The notes below the pieces were generated by a model. That model saw only the letters and a program-made list of their open reading frames with translations, had not been told where the DNA came from and did no database searches. A DNA stretch of 64,000 nucleotides from Selaginella moellendorffii (lineage: Eukaryota > Plantae > Lycopodiophyta): positions 2,919,729-2,983,728 of the forward strand of contig NW_003314271.1 in assembly GCF_000143415.4 (NCBI RefSeq). Reading direction: 5' to 3'. This document shows positions 63,201 through 64,000 of the stretch, piece by piece. Position 1 is the first letter of the stretch, and every line of letters begins with the position of its first letter. The position numbers were made by a program, and so were the translations under genes.

Positions 63201-64000
63201 ATGGAGATCCACTCGCGGATGTGCGTGGCCAAGGCCGTCCCCGCCACCGCCCCTCCGCTGGTCCTCCTCACGCCGCTCGACCTCTTCCACACCAGCCAGA
63301 TGCCCATCGTCCTCTTCTACGAGAACGCCCCCGCCGGAGCAGCCGCGCGCATCGAGTCGGGGCTCGCAACCGTGCTGGATCACTACCCGGAGCTGGCGGG
63401 GCGGATCGGGCGCGACGAGCAGGGCCGCCACTGCATCCATCTCAACAACGAAGGCGCGATCTTCGTCGAGGTGGTGTGCTCCTCCGAGCTGGCTCCCTTC
63501 CTGGACAAGCGCGGCAACGACGTCAAGGATCTCGTCGGCTCGTCGACGCTGGAGCTGGGCGATGGGATGAACCGCGTGCCGCTCATCATCCAGGTGACGC
63601 GCTTCGCTTGCGGGGGGCTGGCCCTCAGCTGGGAGGGACACCACCGCGTGTGCGATGGCTCCGCCCACACGCAGTTCTTGCTCAACTGGGCATCTGCTGC
63701 AAGAACCGGATCCCTCACTCCAGGATTCGTCCCGCTCATCCACGACCGATCTTTCTTGTCTCCCAGGGACCCCCCGGTCGTGGAGGATCCACTAGTGGAG
63801 TTCGTCCACAAGCCCATGTCGCGCACCACCGTCCCGGGGCAAGAGGTCCTCACTCTCACGGAAAACTTGACGAGCAAGCAGATCTCCCACCTCAAATCTC
63901 TCTGCGGAAACAAATACACCACCTACGAGACTTTGAGCGCGCACTTCTGGAGGTGCATGACCGCGGCCAGGGACTTTGAAGACCGGAGCACTCTGGTCGG
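63201..64000 (+). CDS. BAHD acyltransferase (runs off window)
   Basis: MEIHSRM.. LTPLD, HYPELAGRI, QVTRFACGG, HRVCDG (HxxxDG); open to window end so absent from the ORF track. Confidence 0.92.
   Translation, partial: MEIHSRMCVAKAVPATAPPLVLLTPLDLFHTSQMPIVLFYENAPAGAAARIESGLATVLDHYPELAGRIGRDEQGRHCIHLNNEGAIFVEVVCSSELAPFLDKRGNDVKDLVGSSTLELGDGMNRVPLIIQVTRFACGGLALSWEGHHRVCDGSAHTQFLLNWASAARTGSLTPGFVPLIHDRSFLSPRDPPVVEDPLVEFVHKPMSRTTVPGQEVLTLTENLTSKQISHLKSLCGNKYTTYETLSAHFWRCMTAARDFEDRSTLV

Overview
Eukaryotic land-plant genomic DNA. The compact genes with ~45-60 nt introns suggest a lycophyte such as Selaginella (inference). Positions ~0.5-44.5 kb form one deeply nested LTR-retrotransposon cluster, bracketed by a ~350-bp inverted repeat and lying between two paralogous RRQGSSG-motif (MASS/At1g80180-like) genes. 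The nest holds a short-LTR Ty3/gypsy (family A, 2 copies), a chromovirus (family C, 2 copies), a self-priming Tcn1-like chromovirus, a non-coding LARD-like family D (2 copies), a TRIM, and Cassandra (5S-derived) TRIMs; most have resolvable TSDs. Positions 45-64 kb are gene-dense: MASS-like gene, tRNA-Ser(CGA), PP2C/cNMP/kinase, CYP85-clan P450, plastid HMA-like protein, IGPS, calreticulin-3-like, RING-H2 E3 ligase and a BAHD acyltransferase. Most striking observation: the integrase of chromovirus family C is split by two short GT-AG spliceosomal-type introns (46 and 52 nt). Their removal exactly restores the HPQTDGQTE catalytic motif and the GPY motif, and the first intron is also present in the independent older copy, so the element appears to transpose with its intron retained.
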